A stretch of DNA of 46,285 nucleotides from Callorhinchus milii (taxonomy: Eukaryota). The translations under genes and the position numbers were made by a program. Where the stretch lies: NCBI RefSeq assembly GCF_018977255.1, contig NW_024705420.1:1-46285 (forward strand), written 5' to 3'. This document shows positions 35,192 through 46,225 of this stretch, piece after piece (positions within the stretch are counted from its first letter, which is position 1; every line of letters starts with the position of its first letter). Below the pieces are notes generated by a model that was not told the DNA's origin, ran no database searches, and worked only from the letters and a program-made list of their open reading frames with translations.

Positions 35192-35832
35192 GTAAGTCTC
35201 TCTCTATCTCTGTCTCTCTATATATGTCTCTCTCTCTCTCTCTATGTTTCTCTGTGTGTGTGTCGATGTTTCTCACTCTGTCTGCGTGTGTGTGTGTGTG
35301 TGTGTGTGTGTCTCTCCCCCCGTCACTCTCTCTCGGTCTCCGTCTCTCTCAATCTCATATACAGTCACTGCACTTTACAGTGAATTTTTGCTCAGTCTCT
35401 CCCTCCCTCTGTCTGTCTGTCTCTCTCTCACTCTCTTTCCCAGCGGATCAGTTTCAAGCCCCTCACCTTTACACCATACACGCATCCACCGTCAGACAGA
35501 GAGAGCGCGAGAGAGAGCGATAACGGAGAGAGTGAGAGAGATGCACACAGAGCGGGAGAAACGCAGAGACGGAGAGAGCGACGCGCAGAGATCACGTTTC
35601 GCCCACAAAGCACACAGTCACTCCACTTTACAGCGTGTCCCGTGAAGCGCTTTGAGGCGTCTCGAAGACGTGATCAGGCGCCGGGTCAAACTCCGGGATT
35701 ATTATTAGCTCTGTCTCTCTGTTTGTGTGTGTGTGTGTCTCTCTCTCTGTGTGTCTCTCACAGTCTCTGTGTGTGTGTGTGTGTGTGTGAGTTGGGGCTG
35801 TGAGGGTTATTGTTGGGGTGTGTGAGACTGTG

Positions 35833-35892
35833 TGAATACCGGAGTTGGGAGACTGGTGTTTGGAGATGGAACGAGACTGAATGTTTCACCCA
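35833..35892 (+). CDS. TRAJ: J65 [19 protein letters not shown]
   Basis: 12-RSS with heptamer GACTGTG, FGxG, GTGAGT. Confidence 0.92.
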
Positions 35893-35918
35893 GTGAGTGA
35901 TCTTTGACACTGTGTTGA

Positions 35919-35952
<34 letters not shown>

Positions 35953-36176
35953 AATGGGGAAAAGAGAAAACAATACTAATAATCCTGGCATTTGACCCGG
36001 CGCCCGATCACGTCGTCGAGACGTCTCCAAGCGCTTCACAGGGTACACTGTAAAGTGTGGTGACTGTGTGTTTTGAGCAGGAAAGGGAGAGAGAGAGCGA
36101 GAGAGAGAGAAAAAGATGGGAGGAAGGAGAGAGAGAGAGAGAGCGTCAGGTTATTGTTGGGGGGTGTGAGGCTGTG

Positions 36177-36236
36177 TGAATACCGGAGCTGGGAGACTGG
36201 TGTTTGGAGATGGAACCAGACTGAATGTTTTACCCA
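36177..36236 (+). CDS. TRAJ: J66 [19 protein letters not shown]
   Basis: 12-RSS, FGxG, GTGAGT. Confidence 0.92.
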
Positions 36237-36691
36237 GTGAGTGATCTCTGTCTCTTGTCTATATTCCACACAAACACACAGTCACTACACTTTACAGTGT
36301 ATTCCGTGAAGCGCTTTGAGACGATAGGATTACTGTTGTATATTTGTCTCTCTCAATGTGTGTGAGAGAGAGAGAGAGATGAGTGAGAGTATGAACAGTA
36401 ATAATCCCGGCGTTTGACCCGGCGCCTGATCGAGTCGTCGAGACGTCTCAAAGCGCTTCACAGGACACGGTGTAAAGTGCAGTGACTGCGTTTTGTGAGC
36501 GAGAGAGAAAAGGGGGAAAAGGCAGAAATAATAATCCCGGCGTTTGACCCGGCGCCTGATCGAGTCGTCGCGACGTCTCAAAGCGCTTCACAGGACACGG
36601 TGTAAAGTGTAGTGACTGTGTTTTGTGGGAAGAGAGAGAGAGAGAGTGTGAGAGAGAGAGGGGGTTATCGTTGGGGGGGGGTGAGGCTGTG

Positions 36692-36748
36692 TGAATACTG
36701 CAAACAGATTAATATTTGGAAATGGCACCAGACTGAACGTGTTTCCCA
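36692..36748 (+). CDS. TRAJ: J67 NTANRLIFGNGTRLNVFP
   Basis: RSS spacer reads 13 nt (long G run), FGxG, GTAAGT. Confidence 0.85.
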
Positions 36749-36949
36749 GTAAGTGATCTCTGACACTGTGTGTGTGGGTCTGTGAGTGAGAGAGAGAGAG
36801 AGAAATGGGGAAAAGAGCTTCACAGGATTCACTGTAAAGTGTAGTGACTGTGTTTTGTGAGCGAGAGAGAAAGGGGGTAAAGAGAGAGAGAGAGAGTGTG
36901 AGACACAGAGAGAGAGAGGCAGGTTATTGTTGGGGGGTGTGAGGCTGTG

Positions 36950-37006
36950 TGAACGATGGATACAGAATAATATTTGGAGATGGAACCAGACTGAATGTTT
37001 TACCCC
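36950..37006 (+). CDS. TRAJ: J68 [18 protein letters not shown]
   Basis: 12-RSS, FGxG, GTAAGT. Confidence 0.92.
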
Positions 37007-37410
37007 GTAAGTGTAATACCTAACGACGCTGAGAGAGAGAGTGTGAAAAAGAGAGAGGAAAAGGGGGAGAGCGAGAAAGGGGTAGAGAGAGAGCGGGGGA
37101 GGGAAAGAAGAAAAGAGAGACGACGAAGAAAGCAAGAAAGATTCGCCCACAAAACACGACAGTCACCACACTTTACGGTGCATCCCGTGAAGCGCTTTGA
37201 GACGTCTCGACGACGTGATCAGACCCCGGGTCACGTGCCAGGATTGTTATTATTTCTCTCTTTTCCCCCTTTCTCTCTCTCTCTCTCCGGGTCAAAGGAT
37301 TATTATTATTATTATTATAAAGAAAATTAGATAGAAAGGGGGGGATAGAGAGTCGGGGAGAGAGTCAGTAAAGGGCGAGGCAGGTTATTGTTGGGGTGTG
37401 CGAGGCTGTG

Positions 37411-37470
37411 TGTCTGCTGGAGGCTACGGATTGATCTTCGGGAATGGGACCGGACTGAATGTTTCGCCCA
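37411..37470 (+). CDS. TRAJ: J69 SAGGYGLIFGNGTGLNVSP
   Basis: 12-RSS, FGxG, GTGAGT. Confidence 0.92.
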
Positions 37471-37705
37471 GTGAGTGTAATGATTAACGCAATAATAATA
37501 ATTCGGTCGCTTCAACCCCGCGGCTGTTTGTGGTGGACGTCGCCGGGCGCGATCGGCTGCCGGGTTTGGCCCCCGACACACACACGCACACGCACAGTCG
37601 CTACACTGGACAGCGCGTCCCGTGAAGCGCTTTGAGACGTCTCTACGACGCCATCGGAGGTTTAGAGATTTAGAGGAGAGAGAGAGAGAAAGAGGGAGGA
37701 GGGCA

Positions 37706-37750
37706 GGTTATGATTGGGGTGCGTGAGGCTGTGTTTATCCTGGGGACGAG
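37706..37750 (+). pseudogene. TRAJ: Orphan 12-RSS with truncated J (no FGxG, no donor)
   Basis: GGTTATGAT-12-GGCTGTG followed by TTTATCCTGGGGAC and a purine tract. Confidence 0.7.
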
Positions 37751-38036
37751 AGAATGAAAAAGGGAAAGAGCTGGAGAAAGAGAAACAAAGAGAGAGAGAG
37801 AGAGAGCGAGGAGAAAAATAACAATCCTCGCATTTGACACAGCGCCCGATCGGGGTCTTCGCGACGTCTCAAAGCGCTTCGCGCACTGACGCACCGTAAA
37901 GGGTAGCGACTGTGTGTTTTGTGGGCGAAACGAGGGAGAGAGAGAAGGAACGGGGGAAAAGAGACAAAAAGGGGGAGCGAGAAAGAGGGAGAGAGAGAGG
38001 GAGAGGGGGGTTATTGTTGGGGGGTGTGAGGCTGTG

Positions 38037-38093
38037 TGACTACTGGATACAGATTAATATTTGGAGATGGAACCAGACTGAATGTTTTACCCC
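38037..38093 (+). CDS. TRAJ: J70 [18 protein letters not shown]
   Basis: 12-RSS, FGxG, GTAAGT. Confidence 0.92.
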
Positions 38094-38698
38094 GTAAGTG
38101 TGATAACTAATGACGCTGAGAGAGAGAGAAGGTAGGAAAAGAGAAGGGGGTGGGGGGGGAGAGAGAAAGAAGGAAAGAAAAAAGAGGGACGCAAAGAAAG
38201 AGATGAAACGAGGAGGAGGAGAGAGAGAGAGAGGGGGAGAGTGGGGGGGGTCGAAAGCGAAAGAGGGAGAGACAGAAGGTGGGGGGCGGGGGAGAGGATG
38301 GAGAGACGGAGAGAGAAAGAGAGGGGTCGAGAGAGAAAGAGGGAGAGAGAAGATAGGAAGAGAGAGAGAGTGTGTGAGCGAGTCTCACTATATTTGGAGA
38401 GAAGGAAAGAGGGAATGAGAGAGAGAGAGAGAGAGAACCACCCTTTTTCGAGAGAGGGAAGCGAGAGAAATAATAATGATCATCCCGGGGTTTGACCCGG
38501 CGCCTGATCCCGTCGTCGAGGCGTCTCAAAGCGCTTCGCGGGACACACCGTAAAGCGCAGTGGCTGTGCGTTTTGAGCAGGAAAGGGAGAGCAAGAGAGA
38601 GAGAGAGAGCGAGAGAGAAGTAAAGAGAGAAAGAAAAAGATGGGAGGAAGGAGAGGGAGAGAGGGAGAGAGGTTATTGTTGGGGGGTGTGAGGCTGTG

Positions 38699-38755
38699 TG
38701 ACTATTGATCGGAAGCTTATCTTTGGAGAGGGAACCAGACTGAACGTGTTGCCCA
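38699..38755 (+). CDS. TRAJ: J71 [18 protein letters not shown]
   Basis: 12-RSS, FGxG, GTGAGT. Confidence 0.92.
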
Positions 38756-39320
38756 GTGAGTCTAATAATTAATATCAATATAATAATAATAATAATAAGT
38801 TTCACCCACAAAACACACAGTCACTGGACTTCACAGTGAGTCCTGTGAAGCACTTTGAGACGCTCTCTCTCTCTCTCTCTCTCTCTGTCTGTGTGGGTCT
38901 GTGTGTGTGTGTGTGTGGTGTGTGTGTCTCACTCTCGGCCTCTCTGTACGTGTGTCTCAACCTACGTGTGTCCCCCTGTGTGTGTGTGTGTCTCACTCTC
39001 GGTGTCTCTGTCTGTGTCTCTGTCTGTATGTGTGTGTGTCTCACACTCGGTGTCTCTGTGTGTGTCTGTGTCTCTGTCTGTACGTGTGTGTGTCTCACTC
39101 TCGGCCTCTCTGTACGTGTCCTACGTGTGTCCCTGTGTGTGTGTGTGTCTCTATTATAATAATAATAATCCTTGTGTTTGACTCAGCGCCTGATCACATC
39201 TTCGAGACGTCTCAAAGCGCTTCGCGGGACACGCCGTACAGTGTAGTGACTGTGTGTTTTGTGGGGTTGGGGTGGGGGGGGGGAGAGAGAGAGGTTATGG
39301 TTGGGGGGTGTGAGGCTGTG

Positions 39321-39377
39321 TGAATGATGCAAACAGATTAATATTTGGAAATGGCACCAGACTGCACGTGTTTCCCA
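39321..39377 (+). CDS. TRAJ: J72 NDANRLIFGNGTRLHVFP
   Basis: 12-RSS with nonamer GGTTATGGT, FGxG, GTAAGT. Confidence 0.88.
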
Positions 39378-39404
39378 GTAAGTGATCTCTGACACTGTGT
39401 GTGT

Positions 39405-39439
<35 letters not shown>

Positions 39440-39679
39440 GGGGAAAAGAGAAATAATAACGATAATCCCGGGGTTTGACCCGGCGCCTGATCACGTCGTC
39501 GAGGCGTCTCAAAGCGCTTCGCGGGACACACCGTAAAGTGCAGTGGCTGTGCGTTTTGAGCAGGAAAGGGAGAGCAAGAGAGAGAGAGCGAGCGAGAGAG
39601 AAGTAAAGAGAGAAAGAAAAAGATGGGAGGAAGGAGAGGGAGAGAGAGAGAGGTTATTGTTGGGGGGTGTGAGGCTGTG

Positions 39680-39736
39680 TGACTATTGATCGGAAGCTTA
39701 TCTTTGGAAAGGGAACCAGACTGAACGTGTTGCCCA
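39680..39736 (+). CDS. TRAJ: J73 [18 protein letters not shown]
   Basis: 12-RSS, FGxG, GTGAGT. Confidence 0.92.
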
Positions 39737-40109
39737 GTGAGTCTAATAATTAATATCAATATAATAATAATAATAATAAGTTTCACCCACAAAACACACA
39801 GTCACTGGACTTCACAGTGTGTCCTGTGAAGCACTTTGAGACTCTCTCTCTCTCTCTGTCTGTGTGGGTCTGTGTGTGTGTCTCACTCTCGGCCTCTCTG
39901 TACGTGTCCTACGTGTGTCCCCGTGTGTGTGTGTGTGTGTCTATTATAATAATAATAATCCTTGTGTTTGACTCAGCGCCTGATCACATCTTCGAGACGT
40001 CTCAAAGCGCTTCGCGGGACACGCCGTACAGTGTAGTGACTGTGTGTTTTGTGGGGTGGGGGTGGGGGGGGGAGAGAGAGAGGTTATTGTTGGGGGGTGT
40101 GAGGCTGTG

Positions 40110-40172
40110 TGAATGATGGAAACTACGGGAAGTTAATCTTCGGAGCTGGAACCAGACTGAACGTTTCACCCA
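40110..40172 (+). CDS. TRAJ: J74 NDGNYGKLIFGAGTRLNVSP
   Basis: 12-RSS, FGxG, GTGAGT. Confidence 0.92.
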
Positions 40173-40333
40173 GTGAGTGTTGACAGTTAACGTCAATGTA
40201 GCAGCAACAATTTTCACCCTCGAAACACACAGTCACTACACCTCACGGCGTGTCCCGTGAAGCGCTTTGAGACGTCCCGACGACGCGATCGGGCGCCGGG
40301 TCACACCGCGGGGATTGTTATTATTTTCTAACC

Positions 40334-40364
<31 letters not shown>

Positions 40365-40674
40365 ACCCCCGGGATGACGTCTCAAAGCACTTCCCAGGAC
40401 TCGCTGTGGAGTGTAGTGACTGTGTGTTTTGTGGGTATTTTGTGTGTCTGTCTCTCTCACAGTCTCTCCCATCTCTGCGTCTGTGTGTGTGTGTGTGTGT
40501 ATGTGCCCCAAAATAATAACAATCGCGTCTTCGAGACATCTCAAAGCGCCTCACAGGACGCACCGTGAAGTGTAGTGACTGTATGTTGTGAGCAGGAAAG
40601 AGAGAGAGAGAGAGAAAATGATGGGAGGAAGGAGAAGGGAGGGACAGGTTATTGTTCAGGTGTGTGAGGCTGTG

Positions 40675-40734
40675 TGACCAGTTCAGACTTCAAGCTAATG
40701 TTTGGAAATGGAACCAGACTGAACGTTACACCCC
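40675..40734 (+). CDS. TRAJ: J75 TSSDFKLMFGNGTRLNVTP
   Basis: 12-RSS, FGxG, GTGAGT. Confidence 0.92.
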
Positions 40735-41143
40735 GTGAGTGTCCGAATTAATATTAATATCACGATAATGGGAACAAGTGATGTGCGAGAGGGAGAAAGA
40801 GAGAGAGAGAGAACGAAAAATATAAAAGGAATAATAATAATAGTGTTTAAAATAGGGCCTTATCACGTCTCAAAGCGCTTCACACAACATCTCTCTCTGT
40901 CTCTCCCTTCTCCTGTCTCCCCATCAGTCTCTCTGTCGCTCTCTAAATATATATATATACATAACAGCTTTATATTATACATTTATATATTTAATGACAG
41001 TGTGTCCTGCGAAACTCTCTCACACACTTTCTCGCTACAATAAACAATCGCTGCGTTTGGCCCGGCCGGCGCCTGATGGCACCGTTCAGCCGTCTCAAAG
41101 CGCCTCGCGGGACACACTGTAGAGTGTAGTGACTGTGTGTTGT

Positions 41144-41178
<35 letters not shown>

Positions 41179-41203
41179 TATTGTTGGGGGGTGTGAGGCT
41201 GTG

Positions 41204-41266
41204 TGAATAGTGGGAGCTATCAGAAATTAGTCTTTGGAGATGGAACCAGACTGAATGTTTCACCCC
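41204..41266 (+). CDS. TRAJ: J76 [20 protein letters not shown]
   Basis: 12-RSS, FGxG, GTAAGT. Confidence 0.92.
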
Positions 41267-41287
41267 GTAAGTAATCTTTGACACTGA

Positions 41288-41320
<33 letters not shown>

Positions 41321-41601
41321 TGAGAGAGGGAATGGGACACAAATCGAGAGAGTGACGGAAAGAAAGAGAGGGAGAAAAAGGGAGAGAGAGAGAGAGAGAG
41401 AGATAATAATTAATAATAATCCCGGGGTTTGACCCGGCCCCCGATCATGTCGTCGAGGCGTCTCGAAGCGCTTCACGGGACACGCCGTAAAGCGCAGTGA
41501 CTGTGCGTTTTGAGCAGGAACGGGAGAGAAAGAGAGAGAAAAAGATGGGAGGAAGGAGAGAGAGAGAGAGAGAGGTTATTGTTGGGGGGTGTGAGGCTGT
41601 G

Positions 41602-41658
41602 TGAATGCTGATCGGAAGCTTATCTTTGGAGAGGGAACCAGACTGAACGTGTTGCCCA
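41602..41658 (+). CDS. TRAJ: J77 [18 protein letters not shown]
   Basis: 12-RSS, FGxG, GTGAGT. Confidence 0.92.
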
Positions 41659-41778
41659 GTGAGTCTAATAATTAATATCAATATAATAATAATTATTATA
41701 AGTTTCACCCACAAAACACACAGTCACTGGACTTCACAGTGTGTCCTGTGAAGCACTTTGAGGCGCTCTCTCTCTCTC

Positions 41779-41814
<36 letters not shown>

Positions 41815-42356
41815 TGTGTGTGTCTGTGTCCCTCTGTGTGTGTGTGTGTCTATAATAATAATACTTGCATTTGACCCGGCGCCTTATCATGCCTTCGAGA
41901 CGTCTCAAAGCGCTTCACAGGACTCGCTGTGAAGTGTAGTGACTGTGTTTTGAGAAGTCTCGAAGGCGCTGGGTCAAATGCAAGGTTTATTATTGCTGTG
42001 TGAGAACAGCGACAGTTTAGTCAGCCCTCGCCCCACACTCGCACACTGCACTACACCCTCTGTCTCTCTAACACTCTCTCTCTCTCTGTCACACACACAC
42101 ACTCTCTCTCTCTCGCCCACTAAATGTACAGTCACTACACTTCCCAGCTTGTCCCGTGAAGCGCTTTGAGACGCCGTAAAGCGTAGTGACCGTGTGTTTT
42201 GTGGGCGAAACAAAAGCGAGAAAGCACATTGCTTGTCCGGGAAAGAGAGATGGGAGGAAGGAGAGAGAGAGAGAGAGATGGAAAGTGAGGGAGAAAAAGA
42301 GAGAGAAGGGGAGAGAGAGGGAGAGGCAGGTTATTGTTGGGGGGTGTGAGGCTGTG

Positions 42357-42413
42357 TGACTGTTGGCTACGGCCTAATATTTGGAGATGGAACCAGACTG
42401 AACGTGTCGCCCA
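42357..42413 (+). CDS. TRAJ: J78 [18 protein letters not shown]
   Basis: 12-RSS, FGxG, GTGAGT. Confidence 0.92.
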
Positions 42414-42829
42414 GTGAGTGCAACAGTTAATATTAATAGAGCAATAGTTTTCGCCCACAAAACACACAGTCACTACACTCGACGGCGTGTCCCGTGAAGC
42501 GCTTTGAGACGTCTCGACGACGATCGGGCGCCGGGTCAAACCCCGGGATTATTATTATTATTTTCTAACCCTCTTTCTCTCTCTCGCTCTCTCTCTCACT
42601 CACTCCCGGGAGGACGTCTGAAAGCGCTTCAGGTTACATCTGTTGGTTAGGACACCGGGAGAGAGAGAAAGTGAGAGCGAGAGAGAGAGAGAGAGACAAA
42701 AAAAAAAAAATATATATAAGCGTTTAAGCTATCAGCGATCCTGGCGGTTGACCCGGCGCCTGATCACGGCTTCAGAACGCCTCGAGGAGCTTCACAGGAC
42801 ACACCGTAAAGGGTAGTGACTGTGTGCGG

Positions 42830-43035
42830 GGTGGGTGTCGCCCTGTCCGGGAATTGAACCCAGCGCTCTGACCGCGATGCTGCGAGTTGATGTGCTTGTG
42901 CGGAGCGCGAGAGAGAGAGAGCGAGAGAGAGAGCGAGAGAGCAAGCCAGGCTATGATTGAGTTGGTAATAGAATCGAATCGATTTTTATCCGCGGACTCC
43001 AACCCGCTTTCGTGGACCAGTTGACCCTTGAGACG
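42830..43035 (-). other. TRAC: Candidate non-coding 3' UTR exon (exon 4) of C-alpha; 3' end uncertain
   Basis: TM exon has a donor just after its stop, as TRAC genes do; acceptor CATTTCTCTTGCAG lies immediately before 43035; mostly unique sequence; no clear AATAAA seen. Confidence 0.4.
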
Positions 43036-43119
43036 CTGCAAGAGAAATGAGATGTTTTAGATAATATTTTCTCGATAAAACTACGAAAGAATCTCAGGTC
43101 TGGCCCAGCGGCTTCCGCA

Positions 43120-43710
43120 GAGAGACGCACATAGAGACGCAGAGAGACAGACAGAGACGCAGAGAGAGAGAGAGAGAGAGAGAGACTGAGCCACACGGAG
43201 AAAGAGACAGAGACACAGAGGGAGAGAAACAGACACACAGAGACAGACACACACAGAGTGAGAGACACACAGAGAGAGCGACAGAGACACAGAGAGAGAG
43301 AGCGACGGAGACACAGAGAGAGAGAGACAGAGACACAGAGAGAGAGACAGAGACACACAGAGAGAGAGACACACACGGAGAGAGCAACAGAGACACAGAG
43401 AGAGAGAGAGACAGAGACATCGAGAGAGAGAGCGACGGAGACACAGAGAGAGAGACAGAGACAGAGAGAGAGAGACAGAGACACACAGAGAGAGAGCGAC
43501 GGAGAGAAAGACAGCCGCGCACACACACGCAGACGCAGAGAGAGACAGGGAGACACACACACACACACACACACATAGACGCAGAGAGAGAGAAAGAGAC
43601 AGAGAGAGACGCGCGCACAGAGATGCAGAGAGAGAGAGAGAGAGACAGACACACACAGACGCAGAGAGAGAGAGACACAGAGAGAGAAGAACAGAGACAC
43701 ACACCTAGAG
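43120..43710. repeat. (AG)/(AC) compound satellite in a C-alpha intron
   Basis: Seen directly. Confidence 0.9.
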
Positions 43711-43758
43711 ACGGACGTATACATTGGGTGATCGTCTGCAATCAGGTCGATTACTTAC

Positions 43759-43871
43759 CCTCCCTCAGGAGATCCAAGCTCTCAGCGTCATCAGCACATT
43801 AAAAGCCAGACTTTTAACGAACAGGACACGGATCCCAAACACCGTCACGGCGAGCAGGTTAAAATGCTCGT
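43759..43871 (-). CDS. TRAC: C-alpha exon 3, TM/cytoplasmic: (D)EHFNLLAVTVFGIRVLFVKSLAFNVLMTLRAWIS*
   Basis: TTTTGCAG acceptor; TM Arg and Lys five residues apart; FNxLMTLRxW motif; stop at 43765-43767, then GTAAGT. Confidence 0.95.
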
Positions 43872-44429
43872 CTGCAAAACAACAACACGGCAAAGGCGAT
43901 GAGTTGCCGTTTCGTTAACGGCGACAGTAAACCAACCCCCTTTGGATTTGGTGCCGCGCCCGATCGCGTCTCCAAGCCCTTCGCAGAGCGTGTGTGAGGG
44001 AGACAGAGGCAGTGTGTGTGTGTGTGTGTGAGAGAGAATCATAATAATATTCTCTGGCGTTTGACCCGGCGGCGCCTGATCGCGTCTTTGAGACGTCTCA
44101 AAGCGCTTCACGGGACATGCTGTAAAGTGTAGTGACTGTGTGTTTTGTGAGCCTGTGGCTCAGGGGTAGACCCCTTGCCTCGCACCCCACAGCCCCTGTA
44201 GCTCAGGGGTTAGACCCCTCGTCTCGCAAGTGGGGGGGTGGGGACAGGACAGGGTGAAACCTTGGGCAAGTTTCCTTACTCCCCCCCACACACACGCGTG
44301 CCTCTGCTTACACAGCAGTAAGCAGGAACCCGCTCGTTATCATAGCGCCACGTCACGCCTTCGAGACGCCTCACAGCGCTTCACGGGACACGCTGCACAG
44401 CGTAGTGACTGTGTGTTTTGTGAACTCAC

Positions 44430-44470
44430 CTGGTTCATCGTCTTGAACATGGGGATACATTTCTGTTCAC
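44430..44470 (-). CDS. TRAC: C-alpha exon 2, hinge with interchain Cys: GEQKCIP..
   Basis: CCTTTCAG acceptor, CAG|GTGAGT donor, single Cys; 41 nt, so out of phase with exon 3. Confidence 0.8.
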
Positions 44471-44615
44471 CTGAAAGGCAAACCGGGAAATAATTATTAA
44501 TCAGAAACAGCACACGAACAACCCGTGTGTCAGCCTGGCTCTGTCACTCTCTCTCCCTTTCCGTCTCTCGCACATTCTCTCTATCCTGTGTCACACAGAC
44601 ACACACACACACACT

Positions 44616-44964
44616 CATAAGAACATAAGAATTAGGAGCGGGAGTCGGCCATTCGGACCCTCGAGCCTGTGCCCCGCCATTCGATAAGGTCACGGCTGAT
44701 CTTCTGACCTAACTCTAATTACCCTAAGCCCTCTCCCCGTATCCCCCAATCGCTCTATTTTTTTTAACCATCTCTCAGTCTCAGCCTTGAAGATGTTCGA
44801 GGACTGACTGAGCATCGACAGCCTTCCGGGGGAGTGAATCCCATACATCCACTGCCCTGTGAGTGACGCAATGTTTCCCTCAACTCTGTTCTAAAAGGCT
44901 GACCCTTAATTTTCAGACTGTGACCCCCGGTTATAGATTCTCCCACCGGGGGAAACAGACCCGA
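44616..44964 (-). mobile_element. CR1-clade LINE 3' end, near-identical to 20834-21157
   Basis: Same GHSLKIKGQPFRTELR frame and TTCTTATG tail. Confidence 0.85.
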
Positions 44965-45218
44965 TCGCGCCGCCCGGCGACGTCCCCACAAACAGCCGCG
45001 GGGGTTGAAGTGACCGAATTATTATTATTATTATTGTTTTGAAGGGATTATTCCCCCCGGAAAGTGATTCCCCCAATCGCCTGACAGGCGGGTTCCTACT
45101 GACTGCCGGGGACACAGGCGCGCGTGTGATATATATGAGTGTGTGTGTGTTTGTGTGTGTGCGTGTCTATGTGTGTGTATGTGTGCGTGTCTGTGTGCGT
45201 GTGCGTGATTGAACCCAC

Positions 45219-45491
45219 CTGTGATCGGCTCGCAGGGAATGTCTTCCTGCTCGTAGGTGAGGTTGCAGTGCGTGGGCCCGTGGCCCTCCCCGGGCAAGTA
45301 GCTGATCAGGCTGTAGGTTTTGTCGGCGAGGGAGAGGAACGATTTGTCGCTGAAGCTCTCGGCCTTGTCCCGCTCGTCCCTCACCACCAACGAGACGTTG
45401 TCCGGGTAGTAACCGCTGGCCAAGTAGACGGGGGGGTTAGTCTGGTTGTGGGCAGGCAGCCGGAACACGTTGGGTCTCGAGCTGGTGCTCT
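45219..45491 (-). CDS. TRAC: C-alpha exon 1, Ig C domain: STSSRPNVFRLP..PVYLASGYYPDNV..TYSLISYL..THCNLTYEQEDIPCEPIT
   Basis: CTCCGCAG acceptor and G|GTGGGT donor, phase 1-1, 273 nt open; PxVF, xLxxGYYP and TYS motifs. Confidence 0.9.
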
Positions 45492-45612
45492 CTGCGGAGA
45501 CGGACAGATGGAACGGTCAATCCCCCCGACTCCGCAAGTCTCTCTCTCTCTCTCTCTCACACTCCCTCCATCCCACCGTTATTATATTATTATATTAAAT
45601 GACGACACTCAC

Positions 45613-45669
45613 TGGGCAAAACATTTAGCCCGGTTCCATTTCCAAACGCCAGCGTGTTGGCCACATTCA
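45613..45669 (-). CDS. TRAJ: J79 NVANTLAFGNGTGLNVLP
   Basis: CACAGCC-12-ACAATAACC at 45670-45697; GTGAGT donor. Confidence 0.92.
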
Positions 45670-46165
45670 CACAGCCTCACACACCTCAACAATAACCCGC
45701 CTCGCGCTCTCTCTCTCCCTCTTTCCTTCTCTCTCTCCTTCTGTCTCTCTCTCTCTCTCTCTCTCTGTTTGTCCGTCCGTCTTTCTGTACGTGAGTCTGT
45801 CCCTCTCGTTTCTTTTGTTATCTTTCTCTCTCTCTCTCTCTCTCCCTTTTGCATTCTCCCCCTCTCTCCTTCTCCCATTCTTTATGTTTTCGTTCCCTTC
45901 CCCTCTTTCGTTCCCTCTCTCTCTCTCTCTCCTCTCTCTCACTTTGGCCCACAAAACACACGGTCACTACACTCGACGGCGTGTCCCGCAAAGAGCTTTG
46001 AGACGTCTGGACGACGCGATCGGGCGCCGGGTCAAACCCCGGGATTATTATGACCCATTCCCGACTCCCCTCAGGTCTCTCTCCCGCTCTCTCTCTCCCT
46101 CTCACGCTCCCTCCGTCATTATTATTATTATTATTATTATTATTAACAGTGATGATGACACTCAC

Positions 46166-46225
46166 TGGGCAGAACATTTAGTCCGGTTCCATTCCCAAAC
46201 ATTAACGATTGCCCTGCAGTAGACA
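46166..46225 (-). CDS. TRAJ: J80 STAGQSLMFGNGTGLNVLP
   Basis: CACAGCC-12-ACAATAACC at 46226-46253; GTGAGT donor. Confidence 0.92.

Noticed and set aside
42414..43035. Somatic RAG-mediated inversion as the cause of the strand switch
   Set aside because: No fused-heptamer signal joint and no V-J coding joint is visible at the switch
43759..45491. Assignment as TCR delta, beta, gamma or Ig light-chain constant region
   Set aside because: A TM with both Arg and Lys restricts it to alpha or delta; the MTLRAWIS end, the large J number and the absence of D segments favour alpha
45139..46053. 304-aa plus-strand ORF
   Set aside because: It is the antisense shadow of C-alpha exon 1 and J79 plus low-complexity sequence
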